DNA of 64,000 bases from the human T2T-CHM13v2.0 reference genome, Homo sapiens. Below are positions 15,868-29,981 of the stretch, in pieces; position 1 is the first letter of the stretch; each line of letters begins with the position of its first letter. The translations under genes were made by a program, and so were the position numbers. The stretch lies in NCBI RefSeq assembly GCF_009914755.1, contig NC_060931.1; one strand, given 5' to 3'. The notes under the pieces were generated by a model. That model saw only the letters and a program-made list of their open reading frames with translations. It ran no database searches and was not told where the DNA came from.

Positions 15868-16544
15868 AAGCCCAGGGACAAAAGCACTACTTTTTCCAAA
15901 CATATTTGATAATTAACCACTTTGCTGAAGGAGACATCTAGATTTCCATGAAACGCTGGGATCCTGGGCTGGTGGTTCTTTCCTCAGGGGAAAACAAGCT
16001 TGAGGTGATGGAAATTCTGAGTTAAACTCTTATTTTGTTGTGTTACTTAGTCACATTTTAAAAACTCATTATATTTTGCCCACATAATAGAAAAAGAGTA
16101 GAGACTTAGAAAATTGAGGTAATATTATAGATAATCAATAAGAAAAAATCTGTACCACTCACTTGTGGTTTGTCTACACTTATGATAGTCCCCACTGATA
16201 ATGATCAGATTGCTAATCCCCCATAAGTGTAGATTGAATCAGGTTTGGAAAATTTGTGACTTCTGCCACATCTTCTAGGTTTGCCCAGTCAGGAGGTTTG
16301 TACAGTGGCTTCTACATGTAGAAGCCCATGGGGTATTCTGGTGTGAAGATCACAGAGGAGGAGGAGAAAGAAAATTAGTCTGTTGATCTTCTATTGCCAC
16401 AAGACTTCCTCATCTCTGCTTCTGATATACTGTTTTCAGATTTATTATCAAACACAGTAAGAATTCGTCATTGTCCATAAGGTAAAATATGCCCAGGATA
16501 CAAATACATGGAATTTGGGGGAAAAAGGGGAAGGAGAGGAAGGT

Positions 16545-16745
16545 AACTGTATTTATTGAGCAGCCACTATATGCTAAGCTTAATGCTAGGCATTTTGCAA
16601 GTGCACTGGGAAATGCCAGAATCATTATCCCCTTTACGTACAAGTAACCTGAAGTTCATGGTGACATGAGGGTCATTGGCTAAAAAGGGGCAGAGCCTAG
16701 ATTCAAATCCTGATGCTTATGATATCAAAGTTTATAAGCTTTCTA
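16545..16745 (-). mobile_element. MIR
   Basis: atttattgagcagccactatatgc...attatcccctttac...ggcagagcctagattcaaatcc. Confidence 0.7.
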
Positions 16746-17991
16746 TTTTATTCTGGTGAGGGGAGAGGATACAACCTAGATAGAGTTAACACTAGCAACC
16801 ATTAACAATGCTTAACTAAGTCAGAGGCAATAAGGCAAGAGGAGAAGGCATCATGGATTTGGTTGTTAGGGATGGAATCAAACAAGACACGGGATTTGAG
16901 CTGATCTTTTCAGAATCAAAAGGATTTAGAGGCACAGTTGGAATCACGATTAAACAAAAAGCCACACATGACTTCTGGTGCTTTGCAGATTTATGGCTGC
17001 ATGGCAATCTTAGAAAGAAGTGAGAGGGCTTTAGGGCCAAGTGCAGGGTTATCCCAGGTACATCACAGCTTGCAGAAACTTATGGTCCTCAGGACATGGC
17101 AAAATTATAGACCTTCATGGGTTCCCTGAAGTTGCTGCAATGGGCTATTCCTACTTGAGCTCTCAGTGGCAGATTTCATGATCTGGCCTTTGTAGTGGCT
17201 CAAATAAGGTCATTACACAGTGAAAAAGAAAAACATGGAAGCTTAGTTGGGAATGGGCAAGAAGACAGAATTGTCAAGAAAGTTCTAGTAATCATGCATT
17301 TTGGTCCCCTCTGCTTTCTTGCATGAACTGTCTTTTAAATTACTCCAAATGGACCCTAACCATGGTTGGTTCTCCACTTAATACAGCTGCAAAGGACTGG
17401 TGAATGCTGTGGAATTCTGTCTCCCTTTGAAATTATTATTGGTTTTATGTTTCCACATGACAACATCAGCAGGTTTTGGTTAAGTCTAATTGCTGTCCCC
17501 TAAGCAGCACCTGTTCATTTTTCTTTTTCAGTGCTTAGGGGCATTCTTCTGTGGCATAATTTCGGTGATCAGAGTAACACCTGAATAATGATCCATCAAA
17601 TTTTTAAGTTAGTCGTACAGCATTTGGAACCTGAGTTTTGGGTCACAAACATAATGCTTTCAAAATGTTGAGCGTGTCCCACTTTAATAGAGCCCTTCTC
17701 CCCTGCATTTTTTTTTTTGACTGGATGTGCCTACAAATACAAATTAGTTATAGAGCTTGCTGAAAATGTGTTTTAGGATGAGTGTTTGGCATTACCTCCA
17801 ACAGAGTCAAAGCTTGGAAAATGATTACAGTCATATGACTTTAGAAGTAGAGGGGGATATGTTACAGATAGGCCCATCCTGGAGTTTTTAAACTATGCCT
17901 GATGGAGCCGAAGGGACTCTCCAGAGCTGTCCCAGGAAGGCTGGGCTCCAGGTCTCCATCCCACTACAAATGGGCAGCTCCTCTCCCCCAC

Positions 17992-18285
17992 TTTTTTTTT
18001 TCTAAGACAGAGTCTCACTCTGTTGCCCAGGCTGGAGAGCAGTGGTGAGATCTTGGGTCACTGCAACCTCTGCCTCCCAGGTTGAAGTGATTCTTGTGCC
18101 TCAGCCTCCCCAGTAGCTGGGATTACAGGTGAACGCCACCATGCCCAGCTAATTTTTGTATTTTTAGTAGAGATGGGGTTTTACCACATTGGCCAGGCTG
18201 GTCTTGAACTCCTGACCTCAGGTGATCCAGCCACCTCACCCTCTCAAAGTGCTGGGATTACAGGTGTGAGCCACTGTGCCCGGCC
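17992..18285 (-). mobile_element. AluSx-like, nested in an old MER/MIR
   Basis: Full dimer with gacctcaggtgatcc; poly-T at left; degenerate TSD cagctcctc/cagatcctc. Confidence 0.92.
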
Positions 18286-18727
18286 CAGATCCTCCCTTTA
18301 CTGGAACTCCTTGTGGGATTTCATTTCAAGAATGGCTCCATAGCTATCAGAAAGTCTGGAAACCACATATCTAGTCTAAAACCTTTATTCCAGATGAGAA
18401 ATAATGAGGCCTAGAGAAGGAATATCAGTTTCTTTAAGGTGGAATCTAGTAGCAAACTATGGAGTGGGCCTTGTCCTCTCTCCTCATCACATAATTTTTC
18501 TACTCAATAATAATGTTTATCGAAGTCCAGATTTATTTGAGGCTCATAGGCTAAAACTTTAGACCTTGAAGGAACCTTACTTTTCTTATGCTATTGTCCT
18601 CAAATAATTTATTATATGCTATCAACATGCTAAACAAGATACATAGAGCAGGATAAGATGGTGCAGGAAAATTAAAATGGTCAAAAATATAACAGTCGTG
18701 ACCTTTAATAATTTCTGTGAGCTTCAG

Positions 18728-20600
18728 TGTGCAGGATATTATTTTTGGTTTTCAATATTATCATCACCCATCTAAGCAGTCTTATCTGAACTGCAGGGGG
18801 AGAAAACAGAAACTGCATTCTCAGTCTCCCTTGCCAGGAAGGTCTTGGTTGGATTCCTCCAAAGGGGGATTTCCAAAGATTTGGGAAGGCAGAAAGAAGA
18901 GAGATGCTGTTTTCCTCATAGAAGCATGAGCAGACAGCTAATGTAGGATTTTACTGGTGGCTTGCTTTAGAGCATTTTCTTAAGAATAATCTGCTTCTGT
19001 GCTGTAGGCAGCTGGGATCACTGGCAGTGACTTCCAACCGCAATGCAGGTCTTTCTGAAAATGAACTATGTTCATGCTGCAGAAGCTGAGGCCATTGGTG
19101 GTGGCTTTCCAATGATCTGTACTTCTGGATTTCCTGAAAGCGACCTTCCTGATCTATGCTCTCTTGACTTTCCAATAGCTGTGTCTCCTCTAATTCCCTG
19201 TATGAAGCTCTTTCCTACTCAGAATACCAAGAACAGCTTCTGTTTTCTGGATTGTAGCCTGGTAGTTCCAGAAATGTGTTCCTTCAAAGGAAGTGGCATA
19301 TAGGGAAGCAAGTGGGTGGCAGAATAATTGATATCTGGAGCTGGAAGAAGAAAACTAATGTTAAGTAGTGACAAAACACTTGGAAGGTATACCTCAACAT
19401 ATCTATTCAGCCTGCAGCATGGGGGAGATGGTGTGTATTGATTATTATTGGCTGTACTTAATAACTCTCACAAAAAAAAGAAGAGCTCAGGAAGACACTG
19501 GCTAGGTGGCAAGCAAAAATGAAAAGAAATGAAGAAATCTCAGAAATTCAGAGCTTTGCAAATTAGGAAAAGTTAACCATTTCTATACTCCAGACAGCAA
19601 CAGATAGGGTTTACAAAAGCCTTTGAGCCACAATGGCACAGTAAAAATCATCAGTTGACTAGGTTTCAAGACGAAGATCAGTTTAATGGTATAGGCTTCC
19701 TCTTCAAGCCTGACATGCTCAAAGGTCACCACCACTAAGCTGAAGAAATAGAAATAAGGCAGTTTTGAGAAGTATGTATTAGAGAGAATTTAGGTATGAT
19801 TTCTACATCTGAAACTGACTAGAGACAAATAGGTCAGAAGACTACTGATTTCTTCAGGGGGTTCTATTGTCAATAAAACCACTAACCTGGAAACAAACAA
19901 ACAAACAAACAAACAAACAAAAGCCTTTTGATTTGTCCAAAGCCTTTGACTACTCTGGCACCTTTATCTTCCAAAAATAGAAGACAGCTTCAAATGTTAT
20001 TTACTTCCCATGAGGCCTTCCTCAAATGTGGCCAAGGAGAGTAAAAAACCAAGAGGAGTCCCCAGGGGCAGAGCCAGAGGCCATGGGGAACACGGGCAGA
20101 GGAGATCTTCCCAAAAAAATAGAAACAGGGTCTAGGCAAGGGACTTTTGCCCACCCCAGTGATGGGAGTCTAGTTTCAAATGCAGTTAGGTCATGCCCTA
20201 ATTTTTGGTCTTTTGAAGTAGGGGTTCCCAGATGTTTTAGTGCTGGGATACAATGTCAATATCCTGATATGTCTTCAGGAAAGAGGCATTTCCTCTATTC
20301 CCATATTCATGGATACAGATTTTTGCATTTGATAGGGAAGGAACACACCTTGGAAAAGAATCCCTTGACTTTGATGATTTCAAATGAGACACAAGAGAAG
20401 AGTGTGTGCACAGAGCTCCTAAGAAGGATAGAGGTTCTTCTATGTTGAGTGCTAGTTGCTGTAGGCCACCCACACTGGAGATAACTTCAGGGCACTGGAG
20501 TCTAGCACTGCCCTGGAGGAACCCGTGGGAGACTGTAGATTGACAGGAAGTAGAAGGAAGCGGGGTAAGATGCCAGCCATGGCTCATGAAAGAAACCTGC
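18728..20600 (+). mobile_element. Old ERVL/MaLR remnant: LTR (~18728-19270) followed by internal sequence
   Basis: LTR-like 3' end (ctcttcctactcagaataccaagaacagcttctgttttctg...ca) followed by MLT-int-like sequence (tgttaagtagtgacaaaacacttgg, gggcagagccagaggccatgggg). Confidence 0.5.
19891..19922 (+). repeat. (AAAC)7 microsatellite
   Basis: Direct reading. Confidence 0.95.
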
Positions 20601-20945
20601 TGCAGGTCTTAGAAATATAATACTTTTAAAAGTGTTATACTTGTCACCCAAATTCATATAATTAATGATGACTTGTGAGACTCAATAGAACTTCCACACT
20701 AGGCAAGGATTGAAACTTTGTCTTTTAAAGAATATTACAGTTATGTTTTCCTTAATAATAATAAAATATTTTTTCACTGTAGAAATTTTAGGAATATTAG
20801 AAAAGCATGAAGTAGAAAAAAATCATACTTCCTAACTCAGGAAATTATCACAATTAAGATTTTGCTGTAGTTCTTGTTAATCCTTTAAACTCAAATATGC
20901 ATATTTTGAAAATAAGGTCGATGTATATGGCCTCTAAAGGTACTT

Positions 20946-21322
20946 TGTATTAACTAGTGTAGGCTAAGTTATTCCACTGTAATGAACAGTCCTCAAATCT
21001 CAGTGGTTTGTAATAAAGATTATTTCTCATTCATGGTTCTGCTCCAGCCCTGCTTCACATTGAGTTCATTATAGGCACCCAAAGTAAAGGAGCAGCATCT
21101 ATTTGAAACAACCTCTTGGCAGAGAGGAAGGAGAACGTGGCAGATCGTGTACTGGCCCTAAAGCTTCTGCCTGGAATGACACATACATGTCATTTCTGCT
21201 TACATTTCATTTTGGAAAGTAACTAACTCATATGGCCAAGCCTAATGTCAATGGGTAAGAAAATATATGATCCTCCTTCAGGGAGGGGCGGCAAATATCT
21301 CTGAACAATAATATTTATATCA
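20946..21322 (-). mobile_element. Old MLT1 LTR (MLT1H-K group)
   Basis: ctcaaatctcagtggtttg...aagcttctgcctggaatgacaca...catttctgcttacatttcatt...catatggccaagcct. Confidence 0.75.
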
Positions 21323-24300
21323 CTTAACTAGTTTATTCCATGCTCCTTTGTAAGCACTGGAATTGTCATAAAACTCGTGTGATGTTGCTTTCTCTGTATG
21401 AGGATATTTGCACATCTCCTGCCTTTGGTTCTTCTCATCTTTGTTCTCATTGCCATAGGAAGGGAACGGTGGGAGATGGGTTGGTGACCCTATCACTAGT
21501 GGAAATGAGCTTATTATCTGTAAAAAGCAATAGGATCTAAGGAAAATCCTAGAATTTTATCAAAGCCTAAATTTAGATGTATTTGCAGCAGAAATTTTAA
21601 ATTACATTCTAAATTCAAGAACTAGCATATTCAACAGAAATCTTCAGCAAATGGTGATCCCTACTTGGCTTTTCCACACTGAGAAAGGGTGTTTCCTGGC
21701 ACCATGGCAACCCTTTCTAGCAGCTGGTTCAAGGGTCCATATGTAATCAGAGCTAGTGTTTTGGGTTCAGATGCCCACACCTACCTATCTCTGTCAGCCT
21801 CCTACCTTCTGTTCTCGAAGACTCTGCCTAGGGGGTCAGAATGCAGCTTCGTAAATCTGAAATCACCTGCTCATTTTCTTGGTGCCCAGCTGTTCACTGA
21901 ATGGTTGAAGAACAGAAGGAAAATGTCTGTTCTCCAGTCCCCTGTGTGCTTAGGGCCCTTGGCTTTGTGAGCCTCACCTCCTGTGCTGGGGAGGCCATGA
22001 AGCTCAGTCACTATCCATTATGTCCTCACCAGGCCCCACAGGTGTCTTCCCAGAGACAGGGGATCATTCATAAAACTCCGTGCCCCGTCTTGATGCTGCC
22101 CCAGCCCCCAGTTTTCTAATTGGCACGCTGAATGCACAGGCAGCAGGGACTATCCCTACTTTACATCCCTTACATCCTCTGTGTAGCAGAGATCAAACTA
22201 TTCTCAGGTCATAAAGAATCATGCTTTTCCTTCTCTTGTAGGTGTGGTTTGACTTCCTCTGGTTTGGACAGTCACCAGTCACTTCTGGTTTTATACCATG
22301 TTTTGTCTTTAATGTCTGTCCTGTGTTCACTGTCCTTTCTGCCTCATTTTCTAGTGGGTTTTAGGGGTTGTTTGCATCTATTTATGACTCAGTAAAGAGT
22401 GTGCGTGTTTTGCATTTCAAAAGTCAATGAACAGGCAATGCTTCTTATGGAGACGAAGTGGACTATGGTGTCTGCTAGATCAACTGACCTGCCCAGAAGG
22501 CAATGGTTAACCCTTCTGTCCCCCATTTTCTCTTCTGGACTCCCCCAAAATGAACACAACTCTAAGCCACCACAGTATCCTGTAGCATTTCATTTTCAGT
22601 CCTAATCCTCTAAAGAGGCAAATTTCAATGTTGTTTTAGATTTTTGTTTTTAACATACTAGAAGCTGAAGAAAGTCTGCCCAAGCCATTTGATAGGGAAG
22701 AATAGGAAAGGATTTCTTGATTAAATGCAAGCCCCAGAATGCAGTCACAATCCCTATCCACAGTACACACACCAACAAATTTGACTTTTTTCTTTTCAAA
22801 CAGACATCATCTTGCCTTCAATGAATGTCATGGAAGAAGACAATTCTAATAACACTGGCTGCAAATATGGGTGTTTCCTGGGTAGACAGTAAATTTCAGG
22901 CAATTGTGAGTGAAGGTAGATTTGGAATGGGGTGAATGGGGTTCAAGGATTACATGAGGTTAGTCTCAATGCATTTTATGATATTTTCACCCTGAGATTT
23001 CATTGAATCCATACACACAGTGTTGCCTAATCAAAATGAACTAGGAAGGAGAAAGCAAACGGGAAAGCAATTTCTAAGACAAATTTTTCCTTTCCCTTAG
23101 TCAATGCTCTATTTGGGTGTCTAAAATGTGGCCTCCTGAATGCCTGGAGCTTATCTTTGGCTGCAAGACAAGCAAACACTGGGTCTGGAATCAGAAGGGA
23201 AGAAGGGGGAATAACAACAAAAAGATCCCTTGCCAGGAGTGTGGAGAGACATGGCAGAGCCAGCCTCATGACTGGCACTGCAGGGCTCTGAAGCCTGGGA
23301 CAGCTGTGGAGCCCGTTGCCTCTGGAAGGAGGGTTGTTTCTGCCCCTGGCTCCAGCCCTCCCTGCATATCCTCTCCCACTGAGTTCATTCTTGGCCCGTC
23401 CTCACGCAAAGGCAAGAGAGCCAGGTGCTGGGATGGAGCCAGATTAGAGACTGGAAGTACATCTCCCTTTGTGATATTAAAGCTAAGGGGGAAGCGGGTG
23501 AGATAGAAAGGCTAAAGGAACCTTGATTCCATTCTGAGGGTGAACTGTGGAAGGACTGGCTTTTAAGGGAATTAGATGGCAGCTTAAAGAATGCTAGGGG
23601 TTTTCCACCTGTGCTAATGCAACATACTCTGTGTATTTACGGATGTTTGTTGGTAGCCCCTCTTCAGCTGAATGTAGGAGAAACACATAGATTTTGTTGC
23701 CTGTGAAAGATTGACCAAACTGCCTGGGCACTCTGTTGCATAAGGACAGTACTCCAGGATTTGTGTGGCATGAAAGAAAAGGTGAAAGTTTTCAGAACAT
23801 CGGAGTGAAAGAACAGGTAAAAGTGAATGAATAGGTTTGATCTCCTTTAACCCTGTTAGTGTTGAGTAGATAGGGAATAAAGCCACATATTAAGCTGTTA
23901 TAAAACATTAAAAGCTAAAGAGCTTCCTATTGTCACTGAAGAATTGACAGTTAGGGTTCTGACCAGTCTGGATAGGAAATAGCTCTCTCAAAGCTCCCAA
24001 ATTTCAGCTGGTCCCGAATAGCTCTGATGCCAGCCTAAACAGTTCTAGTTGTCAACTGCCACCCCTTCCCAGTAGTTATCGACTCTTTCCCAATGTGAAT
24101 TAATCTATACTCTCTGAGTACTCCAGTTGGGATCTCTCGTCTGAAGCAGAACACAAGTCTAAGCACCCAGCAATCCAGCTATGTCCTTAGAAGCCCAGGT
24201 GGGAGACAGTTTATTTTCTGATTTTTCTCAGGGTTATTTGCAGAGAAATCAGAGGCATTGTTTTTATAGGAATATCCCAGAAAGGCTGAAATTATTGATG

Positions 24301-24399
24301 TGGGATTAACAACACTTATGTTAAAAAGCTCCAAGGACAAAGTAAAAAAAAAATCATTTGAATGTTAATATATATGCAGTAAGTATATATAAGACAAAA

Positions 24400-24545
24400 T
24401 GGTAGAAATTACGGAGAGACATATTTTAGATCAAAGTAAGAGTATCTTCTAATAATAGAGCTTTTCCAGGGTCAAATGAACTGAACTTACTGATAGTGGG
24501 CTCCTTTTCATTCTAAGTATGCAAGCAAAGGCTAGAAAGGTGTTT
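24400..24545 (+). mobile_element. L3/CR1 3' fragment
   Basis: ttctaataatagagct...gtgggctccttttcattctaagtatgcaagcaaaggctaga. Confidence 0.55.
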
Positions 24546-24769
24546 GTTCATTATTAACTAGTTTCAAGGTATAAAAACAACAATGAATATTTTACTTCGT
24601 TAACTAGGAGTTCTTAATCTGTGAGCTCCCACATGTGAATGTAAAATTATTATGTATCTGCACATTTTCTGTGGAGACGTTTTTCTTTTTTTCCTTTGTT
24701 TTCAGTCATAACCTCTTGTACATGACAAACCAATTAACTAACTCCAACTCTCCATGTAAAGCTTCCAGT

Positions 24770-26540
24770 TAGGTCTTTTGGGTCCCACCCTTAAACATGA
24801 CTAAAGTGTCTGCTAAAGATCAACAGACCCTTGAGAATAACTTCTAACACGAAAGACAGAAATCAAAACAAAGAGGATAGAGACAATGATACAGAAGGGA
24901 GAAGAAATAAAGAACAAAAAAGCAGTAACAGCCAAGAAATAACTCATTAATATTCCCAGAAAATTAAGACCATATTTCATGAAACAGTGAACTAGAAGCT
25001 ACAAAAAAGGAGCATTCAGAAGACAAAAAGGAGCTTTTAGAAATTAAAATTATGATGGCAGACATGAAAAATAAGAAGGATTCATAGATAAAATTAGTAC
25101 ATCTCACAGAAAGTTGAAAGAGGGGACAAAGAAATGAGAAATAGGAAAGGAAAAAAACATAAGAATTAGCCCAGGAAGTCCAAAATTTGAGTATAAGAGA
25201 GATGAGGATAAAATAAAGAGGACATCATCATCAAAGAAATAATCCAGTGAAAAATTTCCAGAACAAAAGCACATGAATTTCCTGGTAGAAAAGGCCTAAC
25301 AGCTGTGTTCTTGAATCTATTTTTAATAGATGTAAAAAATACTTATACCAAGATACATGTGTATAGAATTTCAGAATACTGGACCAGTGGGAAGACTCTT
25401 AAGTTTCCAAAAAGAAACGCAAAACAAAAGCAAGACACATACAAAAGACTGGAAGTCAGAGTGAATTAAACTGTTGAGCAGTAACACTGAAATTGAGTAC
25501 ACGATTGATGAATGAGTTTATTTATTATAAAGGGAAAATTATTTTCAACCCAGAATTTTATACCCAGCCAAACTATCAATTAGATAGTGGTGAAGGTGAT
25601 GCAGTAATGGGGGTAGGGCAGGAGAATAAAGACTTTTCTATATATTCAAGATGTTCTGCAAACAATGGCAAATATCTAGAGAGCATACATATTAGGGCTG
25701 CTGGCTGCTGGAGCAATGTTCACTAGGGAAATTCATGGTAGCAACATCAGCAACAGAACAGTGAAGTTCTCCCATTGTCTATCATATTCCAAGGGAGAGC
25801 ACAGTCTGACAGAGCGAGATGTCAGACTTGGGGAGATGTACTCAGACACTTGGGCTTTGGAACTTTTACACTACATAAACAGGGAAGAATTAATAAGTCA
25901 TCTGTGTAATCAGAGGCCAGAATATAGTGGCAGTAGTACTTGGCAGAAAATTATCTCCAGCCCTTTTCTGCCAAGACACTATTTTTGGTTGGAGTTAGCA
26001 TCAGCCTCTTCTCTGGGGTGATCAAGGAGCTAGGATTCAAGCTTTAGGTTGCAGCTACATGAAGAGGCAAATAGTGTCAGACCTTATATTATCAGCATTC
26101 ATGGTTAGTAACGCTCCTCCCCTATAATGGTTGGAAGACTGGGGTCCGAAAGTTGATGATCAGAAGTATCAGGCATCCCCTATTTAAATTGAGGCTTAAA
26201 GAGAGTCAACTCTTTTTCTGGGAGGTCAATTTATAAGATATAAGTCTTGGACAAGTTCTCTTTTTTCTCTCAGGAGAGCTCAAGGATTTTACATTATATG
26301 TACCTTTTCTGAGGAAGCAACTTGATGATTTCATCCACCTTACTGAGGGAGTAAACCACGAAAGAGGAAGATACAGAATCCAAGACAAAGGAGATACATA
26401 CAGGAGAGGCAAAGATAAATTATTAGGATGACAGTGAAGGGAGATGTCTAGGAGGACAGCTAGCAACAGGAGCAACCTGAGCAGGTACATTGGTGCAGTA
26501 GGAGAGAGGGCTCCAAGTGAAAGTTTCTTAAGAAGGTAAA
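24770..26540 (+). mobile_element. HAL1 (half-L1, ORF1-like) remnant, interrupted at 25652-26272
   Basis: A-rich ORF1-like sequence; ttcaacccagaattttatacccagccaaactatcaatt; resumes with cttttctgaggaagcaact...gagggagtaaaccacgaaagaggaaga. Confidence 0.75.
25652..26272. mobile_element. Putative LTR (TG...CA) inserted in HAL1, family unassigned
   Basis: HAL1 similarity stops at tattcaaga|tgttctg and resumes after tctctca|ggagagctcaagg. Confidence 0.45.
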
Positions 26541-26556
26541 ATGGACACACCACTCA

Positions 26557-28135
26557 CTTTTAAAACAGCTTTATGGAGGTATAATTGTCATATAATAAGC
26601 AACATATTTCAAATACATAATTTGCTAGGCTTTGACATATTTTGACATCCATGAAATCTTTATCCCAAGCAAGATAATGATCATATTCATCGCCATCAAA
26701 AATTTATTTCATAACCCCTACCTCTTTTCTCTCCCTGTCTTCCTGATTGTTAGGCAACTACTGATCTACTCTCTGCCATTATAAATTAGTTTGCATTTTC
26801 TAGAATGTTACACAAATGAAATCTTAACATACATATTCTTTTTTGTCTGGGTTCTTTCACTCAGCACAAATGTTTTGAGACTCATTAATGTTGCTACACT
26901 TTTGTGGTATAGATCATAGTTTATTCCTTTTATTGTTGAGTGATAGTCCATGATATGAATATACCAAAATTGTTGTTAATGAACATCTGGGTTGTTTCCA
27001 GCTTTTCCTATTAAAAATAAAGCACTATGAACATTCATGTGCAAGTCTTTATGTGGGTATATGCTTTCTTTTTTCTATGGTAAATATCTAAGAGTGGAAT
27101 GGCTGGATAATATGGAACTGTTTTCCAAAGAGGTTGTACCATACCATTTTACATTCCCATCATCACCATATGAGAGCTCACCTTCTTCTACATCCTTACC
27201 AGCACTTCATATTATTAGCCTTTGCATTTTAGGCATTCTAACAACTTGTCTAAAATCAATTTCCCACAAAAGCATAGAGTTATTTTGGACTCTCTATCCA
27301 GTTTCATTGATTTGTTTGTCTATCTTGATGTCAACTCCAGAGTATTTTGATTATTGTTGCTGTATAATGAGTCTTGAATTTAGATGTGTAAGAACAGTTC
27401 ATATTGTGCTGAAACAATTGAATAGCCATATTTTTGTTAAACCAACTTTGCAAAACCCTTGGAATAAAACCCACTTGGACATAATGCGTTATCCTTTTTA
27501 ATATATTGTTGGATTCATTTTGCTAAAGTATTATTAAGAATTTTGACATCTACATTCATGAGAGATTTCAGTCTATACATTTCTTTTATTGCCTTTGTCT
27601 AGTTTTGGTTTCAGGAGCATACTGGTCTCATAAGTGGCTTGGGAATTATTTCTTTTACTTTAGTTTTCTGGAAAAGCTTATGTAGAATTGGAATGATTTT
27701 TTTAAATGTTTGGTAGGAGTCACAAGTGAAACCATCTAGGCCTGGGGTTTAATTTATAGAGAGGAAATTTACTGTCAATTCAATTTCTTTAACACATGTA
27801 GTATAATGAGGTGATCTAATTTTTCTTGAGTGTGCTTTGGCAGTTTTCATCTGTCAAGAAATTTGTCTATTTCATCTAGGTTTTCTAAGTGTCTTGTATT
27901 TTTTTATTATCTTTTTAATATTTAAAGAATCTGCAGTGACATCACCTCTTTCAAACCTTAAATTAATCATTGTGCCTTCTTTTTTTTTCCTGATCAGTCT
28001 GGCTAACAATAATTTTATTGATCTCAAAAAACTAGATTTTGGTTTCTGTTCTCTATTTCATTGATTTCTGCTATGATATGATCTTAATTTTTTTTGTTTT
28101 CTGCTTACATTGTATTTTTTGAAAATTTTTTAATA
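26557..28135 (-). mobile_element. L1MB/MC-type 3' end plus deleted ORF2 segments
   Basis: acagctttatggaggtataattg, tctttcactcagca, ggttgtttccag, ttggattcattttgctaa, atgtagaattgg. Confidence 0.85.
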
Positions 28136-28137
28136 GA

Positions 28138-28440
28138 TTTTTTTTTTTTTTTTTTTTTTGAGACAAGGTCTCACTTCGCCACCCAGGTTGGAGTGCAGTG
28201 GGACAATCACAACTCAATGCAGCCTCAACCTCTTGGGCTTAAGTGATCCTTCCAACTCAGCCCCCGCCAAGGACCTGGGACTACAGGCATGAGCCACCAC
28301 ACATGGCTAAGTTTTAAATTTTTTATAGAGATGTCTCACTATGTTGCCCAGTCTGGTCCTGAATTCCTGGACTTAAGTGATCTTCCTGCCTCAGCCTCCT
28401 AAAGTGTTGGAATTGTAGGTATCAGCTACCATGCTTGGCT
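28138..28440 (-). mobile_element. AluJ
   Basis: J diagnostics: gcagcctcaacctcttgggcttaagtgatcc, tctcactatgttgcccag; highly diverged. Confidence 0.9.
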
Positions 28441-29981
28441 GTGTCATCTTAGTCTAATTTCAAGGATTGAGATGATTCAAAGATAGGCTTCCATCCATGA
28501 GAGGAACTTTCTTTAGTATGGTCTTTTTGGGTTCCAGTTCAAAACATGGTGATCGCTAACCCTCTCACTTGGTGAATCCTAGGCTCTGGTTTTTCTCCCT
28601 TAAGTCCCCAGAAACTGTTAAAAGCATGGGTCACCTTCTCAGTCTTTCATGCATGTCTTTCCAGAATTAACAAATACCACCATGGACAAGAGGCTCTAAT
28701 TGCTGACTTATTGCTTTTGCTTTTAATCTTTTCCCAGGTTTTAAAAAGAACTACTGAGTTAGTTAATAGAATAAAAGGTATTCTAGATTTTATTTGACTC
28801 TTTCAATTCTGTTAATAAAGTTAAATATTTTTTCATATAGAAAGTTAACAGGTTAGTGCAGGAGTAATTACAAGTCCAGCCTCTCTGGGTTTCTCTATCA
28901 ATGAGACATTAAAAGGTCGTGACTTTGAGAAAGTCTTCCAGGCCTTGCAAGCCCTGTTCATGGGAATAGTGGTAGCTCCTTGCACAGGGAGGGAGCCGGG
29001 GATTTAGATTTTGCTTATTTGACTGATCATAAGGGCAGACGGTGAACAGAGCCATCTTTACAAACATTCCTAAGCTGTTTTCAAATGTGCTTCTGTACTT
29101 GTTTCCAAAAGATGTCTAAGTAAGCTTTGATTCTCTTAAGCATATATGAAGAAATGGACAACATGCCACCTTTTTAAACCGAAATTTTAGTAGAGAAAGT
29201 CAAAGCATATTTTCAAGCCCAAAGAACACTGGACTAATTAAAATACCCTAAAAGCTATATGATCAGCTCTGACAATGAACTGATGTACTGGGGATCTGAA
29301 AGGGCATGAGGGGTTTTGGAGAGGATGGTGAGGTTAAGCTGTGCAGACTAGATTTCTGAACAGCTGTGTATTCTCATAAATGTGACATTCTCGTTTTCTT
29401 ATCTTTCCCATCAATTCCTCTACAGTGCAGGAGGCTGAAGACAGATTTTTCTCCTCATGAAGGAAAAGTTCCCAGGGGTTGGGGCATGGGGCAGCTTTGG
29501 TTAGGCTTCTTTTTTATTTTTAAGCACATGGATTCCTGGTGCAGGATCCTAACCAGTTGAACTGCTAGAAATTATTATATCCTACACACGAGCTCACAGG
29601 GGTGAAAAGGAAAACAAGACCATAGATTTGGAGTTGTTTGTTTTGCTATAATTTGAAAAATAAACACGTTTCCCTGTCTGGAGTCATGAGTCATATTTTT
29701 TCTCTTCCAACTCTTAAATTACTGACACAGAACAAAGAGGGAAAATCCAAAGTTGAATACAAATTCAGCCATGCATCAGGAGATTCTTTCCTTGGTCCCC
29801 AAAGTTCTTAGAGCCTGTCCAGACTCCTGGCTCCCTTGGCAAACCCACTCCTTGATAGGAGCCAAGTATCCTTTGCAATTACCTTTCCAAGGAAATTTGG
29901 GGATAATGACATCAGCAGAAGAGTCAGATTAGATAATGCAAAGCAGCTGCCTCTCTACCTTTCAGATCAACTCCTCTCTAG

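Noticed and set aside
27037-27501. 154-aa ORF
   Set aside because: Antisense reading through a degraded L1
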